From positions 38,254,001 through 38,318,000 of the forward strand of contig CAIIXF020000001.1 in assembly GCA_903813345.2 (NCBI GenBank): a DNA stretch of 64,000 nt, written 5' to 3'. The position numbers were made by a program, and so were the translations under genes. A model generated the notes under the pieces. It was not told the DNA's origin. It did no database searches and saw nothing but the letters and a program-made list of their open reading frames with translations. Below are positions 1-12,584 of this stretch, piece by piece (within the stretch, counting starts at the first letter, position 1; each line of letters starts with the position of its first letter). This DNA comes from Owenia fusiformis (Eukaryota).

Positions 1-101
1 TACAATACAATACAATATAATACAATACAATACAATACAATACAATACAATACAATACAATACAATACAATACAATACAATACAATACAATACAATACAA
101 T
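1..101. repeat. (TACAA)n pentanucleotide microsatellite
   Basis: About 20 near-perfect TACAA units; runs off the window start. Confidence 0.98.
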
Positions 102-3100
102 TAATACCATGTTTGTAGGGCGTACATTCCAGTTTCTAAATATGATTACACATTTAAGACATGCATGCAGTGATATTGTTTGGATAGTTACCGACCAGTC
201 ATTCGCGTACGTAGATGAAGAAACAAAGACAGTTTCAAAGAGAAACGGAAGACAGTACATCATACATGTCTAGTTAAAAAACAATATTTATAATCTGAAA
301 ATCTGTATTTTTGAAGACATTTTGGGGATGAAAATCTGTTTTTCGTCTTCGGGATTCAGCTAAAAAGTAATTGGAGAAAAATCACGGTTACAAAACTGAA
401 TCAACAATTCTAAAAAATTCGGATTTCTAAAAATATATCGGGATAAATCAAAACGGTTGAGATTACTTCATTTACAAGTTTATATCAAATTAGTTTTACA
501 GTTAACATCAACGGTAATGTCTCAGAAACTTATATTGCCTTTGGGGATATTTCATTTGTGTGATCGTGGCATAAGCAACGACTAAGATTTGTTTTGAATT
601 TACAAAAATGTATTTAACTTCATTCAAAATTGAGCTAGACGCTTCAAATAAAAAAACATTTTAAGGCTGTTCTCTTCCTCTATCATCATCGGCATATTTT
701 CAATGGTTACGGGGGAGGGTGCGATCGCACCATGGCACCACCTCCTGGCTACGCCTATGACATTGTAAGACGTAACAATTTACACTTCAGTGGACGCTTC
801 GTCGAAAATTGGGATAACTTAAATTATGCAATCAAAACCTCACACGTTGCATCATGTAAAATAACACACGTCCATTCTCTACTAAAGTAACGATAGCTAT
901 TTACAGATTTAAATCACAATCGAAATAATTCACGTACCAATATACGAACTATTGAAAACACAGTATTCATTGATTTGCCATGTTTTCAAATATAAAAAGC
1001 TTTCTAATGATATTTAACTTAATATGTTATTAATATGTTAAATTTTCGTATTTTTTTGTTTTTCTGGGTACCCGGTTTTTTCGACTGGGTACCCGGTTTT
1101 CTCGACCGGGTACCGGGTACCAAGTTGGAACCCAGTATGGAGGATTTAGTACCCGGTACCCGGTACCCGGTTTTTTCTACAAACCCTTCCTAGCCGATCT
1201 CCTGTAATCAAGTTAAACATTCCCAGTTATGAAAACAATGAAATTGATATCACTGATTGATTGGACAAGTATTAGAAATTTGTCTCCAATTGTAATACAT
1301 ACATGTGTATCGTATTTTGAAATCTTGGGGATATGCATTAAGTGAAGCAAATCTGAAAAGTTTCATCTTAAACATAACCAAAATTAAGCACAGAGCTACA
1401 TTTTGCACTTTGGAACTTTCAACGTGTATCTAGTTTTTTGAATCTCAGGCCGCCGTACGACCCCCGTAGAGAAAATGTGCGCAAGGTTTAATTTTAATCT
1501 TACTGAATTATGTTAATTAGTTGCTTGGATGGTAGATTGATTGTTTGCTTGCTTATTTGCACGATTGATTGCTTGATTGACCGTTTACTTGCTTACATTC
1601 TTTCTTTGTTGCTTAGTTGCTTCCTTGGTTTCTTTGCTGGATTATAGTTTGATTAGTTACTTGATTGGTTGGTTTGTCGGTTGTTTGCTTGCTTTATTGG
1701 TAAGTTGCATGTTTTTTTACTTGCTTAGTTTCCTGCTTGCTTTGATGGTCGTTTGCTTGCTTGCTTGGTTGCGCCGTTGGTTGCTAGATTATTTATTTGA
1801 AACTTGTCTAAATATCCATAGGCTTAGCCAGGGGGGGGGGTTGAGAATAAGAATAAGACCCTGAGAAAGAGGAGAAAAAGAACTTTAAAGCTTTTTATTT
1901 GAAGCTTCTAGCTCAATTTGGAATGAAGTTGCATCTAATTTTGTAAAATTCAATATAAAAATCATTTTTTGGCTGGTTTATGTCACAATCTCACCCCCCG
2001 ATTATGTCACAATCGCACCCCCCCCCCCCCCCGACTGAAACCCGAAATCTTTTTGGCGATCGCACCCCCCCCCTGACTGAAAGTTGGCTAAATCGTTTCA
2101 AGTGAAATATTTAGAACTGAAATCGGGGTTCGCTTAGTTTGAGTCAGGGAACAATCACACAGACGGATTAATTAATATTTGTTTTGATACATGAGTATTA
2201 TAGGTTATAGGCAGTATCATGAGAACCAAGTAAACGTGTATAGGATTATTTTATGTTTATTCGGAATTGAGTGAACCATCTGGAGTTTTAATCAAGATCA
2301 AATATTAGAAATCTATTTTTGACTCGATAAATTTTTGTTCGAATGTCAAACAGAACCTTCACGTTCTTTATTCATTTGGAACTTTGGTTTAAATTATTTC
2401 AATCAAATGTGTGTTGATACCCCGGGCCAATGCCATTAATTGACAAAATGTTGCAATACATCGCACGCTCGGTCTTAACTGTGTTCATCGACGGGAGCCG
2501 AGTGAACGAAGATGGTTGTAATAGGGGGGGGGGCATTATTGTCTTTATTACAAATTACTTTTATACATTATAACATACATAGTAAACGCGACCCGATCGG
2601 GGAAGGGGTTGGGGTTGTGCACAATATGTTATCTCTTTATACATGTTTTATTGCCAAATTAATATGAAAACAAGCTGGAGTAACATAAATATTTATTTAG
2701 TATTTTGTTACCACACATCAAAAGGCGCATTTGAAGTTCAGAAAATGCAAGAAGACTTGGCTAGACATTATGTACTTATATATTTATATGTTACGTATTT
2801 ATTTTGTATTCAATTCGAATTCTCGCACTCCTTGAACCACCCCCACCCCTTGGCTACGGGTATAAGTACACTCGGCACACGGAGAGAATAATATTAGACT
2901 TCTGCAATGCAACTAATAAGAGAGACCTAAAATGAAAATAATGTAACAAGTGCTCTACTTTGGTGATAAAAATAACTGTTCCTGTAAAAATATACAATTG
3001 TAGTCCATCACAAAGTTCATTTATTTCATGAAAGCGTCAATGGACAATGCATCTAAACACTAAGATAAACAATAAATTAATTAACTTCTGAAGAAACATC

Positions 3101-4635
3101 CTGTAGTGGAAAAAACAAATGGCCTTTCATTACGGATTAGAATAGCCAGTCTGTCTGATTGTATAATATATTAGATAGATTTTAAATTCCTTGGGAAATG
3201 AAAAAATAGTTTTTTTCTGGCTGTTTAATGAAAACATAAAAATAAAAAGATGAAAAATTCCCATTCATTAACATCTACATACCCCTAGTGGTATGGGCCG
3301 TGCGATTGCTACAAATGGACAGGCATAATAGATGATGTGTTTGAAAGGTGGCTTTGCCTCGATGTATTGGTTAATAAATGATATTATAAACTTTATTGAT
3401 CGTGAATTCACCTTTCCAAATTCAAATCCCAAATAAATAAAGCACACAATTCAAGCGTGACACAAAAAGAGCAAAACTGAAAACCCTTTAACCTATAGTG
3501 CCCGACATTATGTTAATAAATAATTTCTACATGTTGAAATATATTGCTATTTGATTGAGTTCAAGACAAAACTTTTTGGAATTGTTTCACATAATGTAAT
3601 ATTCCTCGGATTTGGTGCATACAGATGTTTTACAATCAGAGACAAGGGTCTTATACGGGGTATTATATTTGGCAAACCAATCAATAAGTAGTATTAAATT
3701 ATCACAAGGTAAATAACTTAATCCCTTTTGAAATTGCGGTTAAGTAGCATCTTAATTACAGTAAAGAAAGATCATCTAGGAATTATTTCTGCCTCTCATT
3801 CCTTAAACCGGCTTCGTTAAACAGTGTCAAGATATTTAAGTCAGAGCCAAAAACAAGACTATTTTTATATTTAAATCCCCTCACCTTGTCAATGTTTATG
3901 TCTGCATCTGGTTTTTCCTACCTTTTGAAGGGAGACAATATACACATAGATTAATTACTGGCCATGGACAGGGGGCACAGAAACGAACATTCTGGGATCA
4001 TTAGGGATAATTGGGGAAGGGGGATGGGTGGTGTTGAATAGAAAAGTCCGGGAGTGAAGTTAAGGGGTCCTGAAATCTTCCTTTTGATATTTAGTGCTTG
4101 AGTGAAGACTTGTTTCCACTCCACGCACTCTTGTAGAATTTAAATATTTGATCCAAAGGAGTTATTTTTAATCAAAAATCAAAAATGATTAAATGCTTGC
4201 TGCATGCAAACATACTACACTTAAATTGAAATGCTTTACTTAGTTAATTAACGCAGTAGTCACATGACACACGGATAAGACGTACCTGGGCCGAGGATAA
4301 GCAATATTTATCTCTCAATAGGTATGATAAGTGTGAACTTTTTATTCCTGAGAATTAGTAGTTAGTAGTGCTTATTACTTATGGATAAGACATTAAGTAT
4401 TCTTTCTTAGTAGTGCTTAGAAAATAGTGTTTCACGTTGTGTTAGTAACAGGAATTCAAAAGCTCGCCGTACGGCTGCCGTAGGAAATGTGACTGCAAAA
4501 GTATCCGAACGCAGAAATTCCACAGCGAGCGTAGAAATGTTACTGACCGCAGAAATGCTAGACCGCACGGTCGCCGTAGGAAATGTGACTGGGGAAGTTC
4601 ATTTTCCTTTCCGATGTTTTTGCATTTTTCTCTTA

Positions 4636-5270
4636 CACCCCAGTCACATTTGTCGTACGGAGGCTCTGCGTCGACCGCAAATCAATTTCTGCGGCGAGCG
4701 TAGAAAATCTACGCTCGCCTTGCGGTCTCCGTACGGCGTATCCGGTTTTTAAAGGCCGCATGGTAGCCGTAGAAATTATAAGTCGGAGTTATAATATTTT
4801 TCATTTCTGCGGTCCCCGTAGAAATCAACAGGCCGTTGCTGTAAACACAACACAATACGTATACTTCTTGATGAAAGGTAACTGATACCACAGCAACTTA
4901 TATTTCACTTGCACTTTTTTTGATACTATATCCTAATTCACTACAAACAACATTTATAAATTGTACTCATGTAGATAAGATAAAAATAAGAATTAACGTT
5001 AAATCAACAGAAATTCAAAAACTCGCCGTGCGGCTGCCGTAGGAAATGTGACTGCAAAAGTATCCGACCGCAGAAATTCCACGGCGAGCGTAGACATGTC
5101 ACTGACCGCAGAAATGATAGACCGCATGGTCGGCCTTTAAAAACTGGATACGCCGTACGGAGACCGCATGGAGAGCGTAGTTTTTCTACGCTCGCCGCAG
5201 AAATTCACTTATTTAATTGATCTGCGGTCGACGGTCGATCGGCCGCCGTACGACAAATGTGACTGGGGTG
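4636..5270. mobile_element. Non-autonomous TIR element, PIF/Harbinger-like (second copy 33331-33965; further fragments 32826-33140)
   Basis: Termini CACCCCAGTCACATTTGTCGTACGG...CCGTACGACAAATGTGACTGGGGTG, flanked by TTA/TAA, with internal CCGTAG/CCGCAGAAA repeats. The superfamily is inferred from the flanks only. Confidence 0.6.
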
Positions 5271-6249
5271 TAAAAGAAAAATGCAAAAACATCGGAAAGG
5301 AAAATGAATTTCTATTTGCAGTTTAAAATGATTTTATTGCAGGCTATCTAACTGAACGTTAAAACAAAAGCATGCTTTATCACGCAGTCAAATGGGGATT
5401 TAGGGTTGCCAATTATTTGAGTGAATTATTTGGAGGGGAGTGGTTTATAATACGGTTAGGCTACACTTTATTTAAAACCATCCACATTTCAAGGTAGAAT
5501 TGGTTCAAATAACTTTGCTAATAAACAATCCGAAGAAGCTGAAAACATTATACATATAGCAAACATAGAGCAGAATCTTTTCAAAACAATTTAATTGCAT
5601 GTAAATGTTTCGTTCTATTCAGGTTAATGTCTGTTCATTATTTATCACGTACAGTAATATTCAAATGGGTGTATTCATCAACCGCCGTACCTATATCATC
5701 ATTATTCATCAAGACCGTTGGTGGAGATTTATTTGGACGAAAAATTTGAAAAGGGCGTTTTGGTTTAAAACTGTAATAAACTAGGAAAGTAAAACATGAA
5801 CCCAAGTATCCCTTTCATTCATGGTCAAATAGTAAAACCAGAAGCACTCGATGCCGGATACACATCAAACACGTGCTAAAGTTTAGCACGTGTTTGAGAT
5901 TGATCAAACCCGTGCTTAAGTTTAGCACGTGTTTGAGGTTGATCAAACCCGTGCTAGAATTTAGCCATGTTTGAGGTTCGATCAAACCCTGGGCCTCAGA
6001 TCAAACCCGTGTGTGAAGCTCCAAGTGTTCCGGGCTACCCAAGTATTCCGACTCCTGCCGAAATATTCTGAATTGACCCAAGTATTCTGGGTTTACTTAT
6101 TTTAGCAAATACACTCGATATGGTGATTTTTCAATTTCTAATCCAATTTTAGATTTCTACAGAGATGACTGTTGAAATTAAGTTAATCAAATCACTTATA
6201 ATGTGGCTGTCTCATGTACAAAAGATTTTCCTTTTTTTATATATAACTA

Positions 6250-7125
6250 CACTCCCCTCTATAAGTTTGGCAACCTTAGCTCCCCCATTGAACTACGTGT
6301 TAAAGCCTCTTTAGGTTTGAATTTTTATTTACTTAACCGGCGATGAGATAACTTATAATATTAATGGAAACGTAACTTGACCTTATTTTCAATACCTCCA
6401 AAATTTCTCAATTTTTTCCTCAATTAGAATAGGTCGAAAATTGATGATAAATTTAATGAATTTTTGAAAATCGTCATTCCCATGTAATTCAATGGGAAAT
6501 GGAGGGTTCGGGCAAATCAGAAATCAGGATATATTTTCAGTAAAAGATTCAGCAAAAAAAAATTATATAGAAAATTGAATTGTCTAACTTTTTTGTACAC
6601 TAAGTGTTTAGTTTATTTGATGAATACTAAAGTTACAGCGCTTCAAAGTCATTTTTGAAAATAATTTTTCGCCTCCTGAGTTATTTCAATGGGAAAGGTT
6701 TTTTGAAAAACTATTTTGACTTTAAAGCCCTATAACTTTGATGAACCTGAAGAAACATATCAATTTTTTGTTAAATAAAGTTAACACTAATTCAATTGCC
6801 TGCCTTATTCGTATTTTTTTGCAAGGACTCGGATGGATGGATATTCTGTCATATGACTTGCGGCAAACCTATCATTTCCCATTGGTTAACATGGGAATGT
6901 CGATTTTCAAAATTCATCAAATTTATCATCAATTTTCAACTTATTGTAATTGAGGGAAAAAATTGAGAAAATGTTGAGGTATTGGAAATAAAGTCAAATT
7001 ACGTTTCCGTTAATAGTATAAGTATTTTCATGGAAGGTTAAGTAAATAAAAATTCAAAGGTAAAGAGGCTTTTAACACGTAGTTCAATGGGGGAGCTAAT
7101 GTTGCCTAACTTATGGAGGGGAGTG
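6250..7125. mobile_element. Tc1/mariner-type foldback MITE, copy 1
   Basis: TA|CACTCCCCTC...GAGGGGAGTG|TA with long imperfect inverted arms; homologous to 19451-20720 and 39215-44898. Confidence 0.85.
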
Positions 7126-7242
7126 TAACAGGGCACCCATTGAGGAGTGTCAAATCCCCGGGTGTTCGACCTTTGCACCATGGAACACTCCTGAGCAATA
7201 GGATATTTGGACAGAATATATCGATATATGTAGACTGGGTCT

Positions 7243-8057
7243 TAGCCTTGCCCAAGTCGGTATTTTTTTTACTTATCTGATCTTGAATTATTACCGCCTT
7301 GTACAATCCAATATATCGCTGCTGATATTATGCTAAGATATTCAACGGTTTCGAGATTTCCATAATACCTACGCTATCAGGGGTATCGCGAAACCTTATA
7401 TATTGACAGATATACGCGTGGACACGACGTGTGACTTCAGGCTAATTGACCAATCGTTGACCCGCATGCATAAGCAAAGCAATCTTCCCGTCTACGACTT
7501 GAAATTCAATGATCTGATCGATCGTTTCTTTAGAGTTACAATATATTATGTAATTAAATGTACATAGGGAATGTAAGTCATTAATATAAATTAAATCATG
7601 CAATAGATTTAAAACTGATTTTGCGATGAAAATGCAAGACCTAGTCCAATGTAGCGGGTCATGTAGTCTTCGATCAGTGATCGAATCTCAGCCTACATCA
7701 CATGTACATGTTCATTTGAATTCAGCGATCATTTCAACGTTTATTGTTGAAATCTTCTCACCTCCGGTTACCGATCGATGCATCCACTAAACTCTGATTG
7801 ATATTTATCTGATATAATATTTGTATTTTGATGATGAATTCATGCAGGATTTGTTCGTGAAAAGTCCCGGCGAAAACTAAAAAGTGTACTTGTTTTTGAC
7901 CGCGCATAATAATGAGCTAACGCTGCAGGGCCGTCGTTGATTGGTCAAATTTTACCGACATAAACATTGAGTCGGTAAAGCACGTGGCTTTCTCTTTGGT
8001 ACAAGGCGGTCATAATAGAAATTAAGATAGTAAAAGAGACCGACTTGGGCAAGGCTA
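7243..8057. mobile_element. Non-autonomous Academ (AcademH-like) element, 9-bp TSD
   Basis: TAGCCTTGCCCAAGTCGG...CCGACTTGGGCAAGGCTA; ACTGGGTCT duplicated at 7234-7242 and 8058-8066. TAG/CTA ends with a ~9-bp TSD fit AcademH. Confidence 0.75.
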
Positions 8058-8819
8058 ACTGGGTCTCAGTTTCAGGAATACTAAGTATGTATCAACTTGT
8101 TCAGGAAAATTGTCCTTTTGAAAAAAATGGGTGCGTATTTCTAATAATGGACAATTTTTTGACATTTTCTGGCTCTCTTTCTTAATCGTGTGGCACTTTT
8201 AACTTTTGGCACCCTCTCTTGTGAATTTTAAGATATTATAAAATATATGTGAACTCGGAACACTTAGGTTGTCAGAACAGTTGGGCAAGAGACAGAACAC
8301 TTGGGTAGCCCAGAACAGTTGGGCTTTCACACCCGTGCTGGAATGTAGTTCGAAGTCCAACCGATAGAGGCGCTCCTAACCCGTGCTACAAATCCAACCA
8401 ATCAGAGCGCTCTTAAACCGTGCTATTTTGCCGAAATATCTTTCTGGAAGTTTTGTACCGTTAGTTTGTAATCAATATAGCCGATCTGAAGGTAAGAAGT
8501 TGCTCAAAGTGAACAAGACTAAGCGAGGATCAAACAGGGTAATGATTTTTTCTGATAAATTCAACATAAAACTTGTAATTTTCCCGTAAAGTGAGTATGA
8601 TGAATTATCGCCCATTGATTTTGATTTTCAAAAAATTTCACTGCCATATTCCTATTGTACATAAATGACTTTCGTTTATCTTGAATTAGTTCTAGTTTGG
8701 CTAATAAAGTGTGTGACCTCTTATATGTTGATGCTTCTCGAGACCCTATCTACAAGACTTACATGTATGACTGGCACAATCGTCACCATGTTATCAAGTA
8801 TTTTTATGGAGACCCTATC

Positions 8820-10150
8820 TGTTGCAAGACCTATGCCTGGCACAACCGTCACCATGTTATTAAGTAATTTTAAGTTTCGCAAGGATCCTGCCATGACCGT
8901 GGAAGTGTTATCGTGATAGCCTGGTATAACAGTGACAATGCTATATTATATCGCATGGTCTGTCATGACCGTGGTAATGTTAAAGCCTGATATGACCGTG
9001 ACAATACTATACTATATTGCAAGGCCTGACATGACCGTGGTAATGTTAAAGCCTGATATGACGGTGACAATGGTTACAAGGCCTGTCATGACCATCATAA
9101 TGTTAAAGCCTGATATGACCATGACAATGGTTGCAAGGCCTGTCATGACTGTGGTAATGTTAAAGCACAATATGACCGTGACAATGGTTATATTAGTGAC
9201 ATTTAGTAGCATGAGAATACTGTAATCGAAAACGTCATCATTTATCTACCTTAAATATGTAAATCTAGGATACTACTACTACTTTAACTCATAATTCATT
9301 TCCACAAACTATAATTCTAATCTCATTCAAGAACGTGAACATTGTCACAGTTATATCAGGCTTTAACATTACCACGGTCATGACAGGCCTTGCAATATAA
9401 TATAGCATTGGCACGGTTATACCAGGCTTTCACGATAACAATACCACGGTCATGGCAGGATCCTTGCGAAACCTAAAAACACTTAATAACATGTCGACGG
9501 TTGTGCCAGGCATAAGTCTTGCAATATATAGCATGTGTTTTTATGTTGCACAATTATCCTGCCATGACCGTGGTAGTGTTATCGTGAATGCCTGGTATAA
9601 CCTTGACAATGTAATATTATATTGCAAGGCCAGTGTCATGACCGTGGTAATGTTAAACCCTGATATGACCGCGACAGTGCTTTATTATAAATAAGGCCTG
9701 ATATGACTGTGACAATGTTTCTCGTTCTTGAATGAGATTAAAATTATAGTGTTCGGAAATGAATTATGAGTTAAATGATTCTAAAATTTTATGTATCGAT
9801 GTGCGTGAGTACCATGTTCATGTATAGAAGTCTAGATTCACATATTTAAGGTAGTTAATCATTCTATGAAATTTGCAATGCTACTAAATGCTATTTAATA
9901 TAACCATTGTCACAGTCATATTGTGCTTTAACATTACCACGGTCGTGACAGGCCTTGCAACCATTGCGACTGTCATATCAGGCTTAAACATTACCACAGT
10001 CATGACAGGCCTTGCAATATAATATAGCATTGTCACGGTTATACCAGGCTTTCACGATAATACCACCACGACCATGGCAAGATCCTTGCGAAACTTAAGA
10101 ACACTTAATAACATGGTGACAGTTGTGCTAGGCATCAAGTCTTGCAATAG
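8820..10150. repeat. Nested palindromic (foldback) array of ATGACCGTG-rich units
   Basis: Forward units 8820-9200, reverse 9335-9530, forward 9555-9720, reverse 9900-10150. Spacer 9200-9340 is approximately the reverse complement of spacer 9715-9900. Confidence 0.85.
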
Positions 10151-12584
10151 ATAGCATGTGTGCTTCTCTGCCATAGTATTTTCAAAAAGATACATTGTAA
10201 CATGGCTGAAATTCATTATAAGAGGGCACAGGGTTATTGCACAAAAAAAACTAAATAATCTGAAATATCCAAATGTCATTCATGTACAATATCAATATAC
10301 TTTTCCAAATATTATTGCACAATGGTCTCCTGATTTCTTATTTTTGGGGACGGGACCACGGACGGGCTGTCCAAAAATTCAAGTAAAAATGTCAATCAGA
10401 ATCAGTATTGTCGAGTTCCCTAAGAGATCTCTTGTCTTAACTTATGTCTTAACTTATGTTTAAGCTTATCTCCATAATGTGGAGTTGATCAGCCAGCCAC
10501 CCAGCAAGCCAGCCATCCAGCCACCCAGCAAGCCAGCCAGCAAGCCACTTACTCAGTCACTTAGTAAGTCACTTACTTCCTTAGTCATTATCTCACTCTC
10601 AATCAGAAGTTCAGTAACTCATTCACTCTCTCAATCAGTCTCTCTATGTGAGAGTTCATATGTTGGAATATTGATTGAAATAATCCTACTTCATTTGGAA
10701 TTATTCACAATTGCTGTTTTCTACTTTTTGAGTTTAAAAGAGGAATCTAGTATAATAATTTGAGTTTTTTAGAGATCTGTTAATTTCAACAAATGAATGG
10801 ATTAATAGAGAGAAACATGTGAATCCATTGAGGATTGCATCAAAATACCAAGCATACATACTCAAACTTAGCAAGAGCTGCTCAAATGTTTTAGATCTAA
10901 ATTATGAACCCCATTTTGTACTTTCAGAAGATGAATGTAAGTCTGAGATGCGATGTCCTGGTGTTTAAGAAGAGGAAATGTACTATTATGTGAGTATTAA
11001 AAATATATATTCATTCTGAATTTTCCAACATTTCCAAGAGTTTTCATAAGCCATGATTCTTAATAATCACAACCTTTATGTTGATTTAATGTACTCTTTG
11101 GGTGTGCCTTAGTCCTTGATGTGTCCACCTTTCTTTTGAATGTATTGTTAGAAAGATATTTGTGTGCAATGATGATATGGAAATGATGACTGCATAAGGT
11201 TGCAGAGATTTTTGGGAAGATGTTCTCAGCTTGGCATCTCAACACTATTCAGTACATCTTTTAAAACAAAAAAATGGAGAGAGCTGTTAAATGTGATGTT
11301 GATTTTTTTATAAATCAGATGGTTTCCATAAAGTCATGTTATTTTAAGTCATGTTTTTAATTGATCTGCATTTGTAACCATTAATTAAAGACCACAATTT
11401 CTTCTATTTAATAGCATATTCAGTGTTCTCCCTAATTTTTCAAAAGTGAGCGGTAAAATTTTGAATGAAAATTAATGGGTGGTGACAGTATTATTACAGT
11501 GGTGCAAAATTAAATAAAAAAGTGCCTTAAAAAAATCGGCTATTACAAACAGTAACGGAGTAAAGTTGCAAATTACTTAATTCCACTCATTAATAACGAA
11601 TAGTATCAGTTATAAGTTCTTTGAATTCTATATGTTATTTTCTATCAATATAGCTAGCTTCAATTAAATCATCTGAAAAAGCTCAAGCTAAATCCCCATT
11701 TACACAATGTTGAAAAACCTTTAAAGATTAAAAATTCATTTACTCTTTTAAGTGTCACAATTTTAATGTTAAATCACAATCAATATGTCAATAGGTTCAT
11801 TTAATTAGATGCAACTGGCAGTGATCTCCCCAGCATAAAGCAAGATGGGCGCAGCAACCACCTGAAAATATGCTTGCACCCACCTGAAAATCAGTTTGCA
11901 CCCACATAAAAATGAAAAAAATCATTGGCATATCTCACCAATTTTTGTCTAAATTGTGAAAATGAGAGTTTTTGCACCCACCTGAGTGCCACCCACTGAG
12001 ATTAATTATGCAAATATACTCTAAGGCATTCAGTGATCTCCCCAGCATTATTTTTCAAGCGGGGGGGGGGGGGGGGGGGTTATCAAGTGTTCCTGAGTTA
12101 CTGAGTTTAATTATCAACTCACAAATTTGTGGAAAGGATGAGTCTGGATATATGCCCTTTTGGTCCCTCAGTTAAATGTATGTGATAAGTATATTTAATT
12201 ATTTTTCAAATTTTGAATGCCATTTGATGTAAGAAATATCAGAACAAAAGTAGCTTCACTTTCACAATGAGCAATGATATTTTCACAATGAGCACAGTTT
12301 TCTGGTTTAGGTTTAGACATATTACTCCCCCATCCATTCACCCCCCCCCCCTCTGTTCAATTTTGATTGTAGTTTATATTAGAATTACTTTAATTAGCCA
12401 GCAATGACATTCTTTTTGTGATAATATAAGTTTTGTCAAAATAATCCCTGACATGACATGTTATGACATCATCCTGAAACACTTAACTAGTCTTTACCAA
12501 AGCTTTAAACATTTGTTGTTCAATTAGGATCAATTATTTTTTTCATTAGAGGTCCAAACAAGATGTATAATGTTTTATTTCCAG

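Larger units (their letters stand above)
6012..8331. mobile_element. Non-autonomous TIR element with TGT...ACA ends and 6-bp TSD (Ginger-like ends; tentative)
   Basis: TGTGAAGCTCCAAGTGTTCCGGGCTACCCAAGT...ACTTGGGTAGCCCAGAACAGTTGGGCTTTCACA; CCCGTG duplicated at 6006-6011 and 8332-8337. Confidence 0.75.

Noticed and set aside
1577..1864. Hydrophobic 95-aa membrane-like ORF
   Set aside because: Translation of a degenerate TTGC/TTGG simple repeat.
8665..10279. MTV-rich ORFs
   Set aside because: Products of the foldback repeat, mirrored on both strands.
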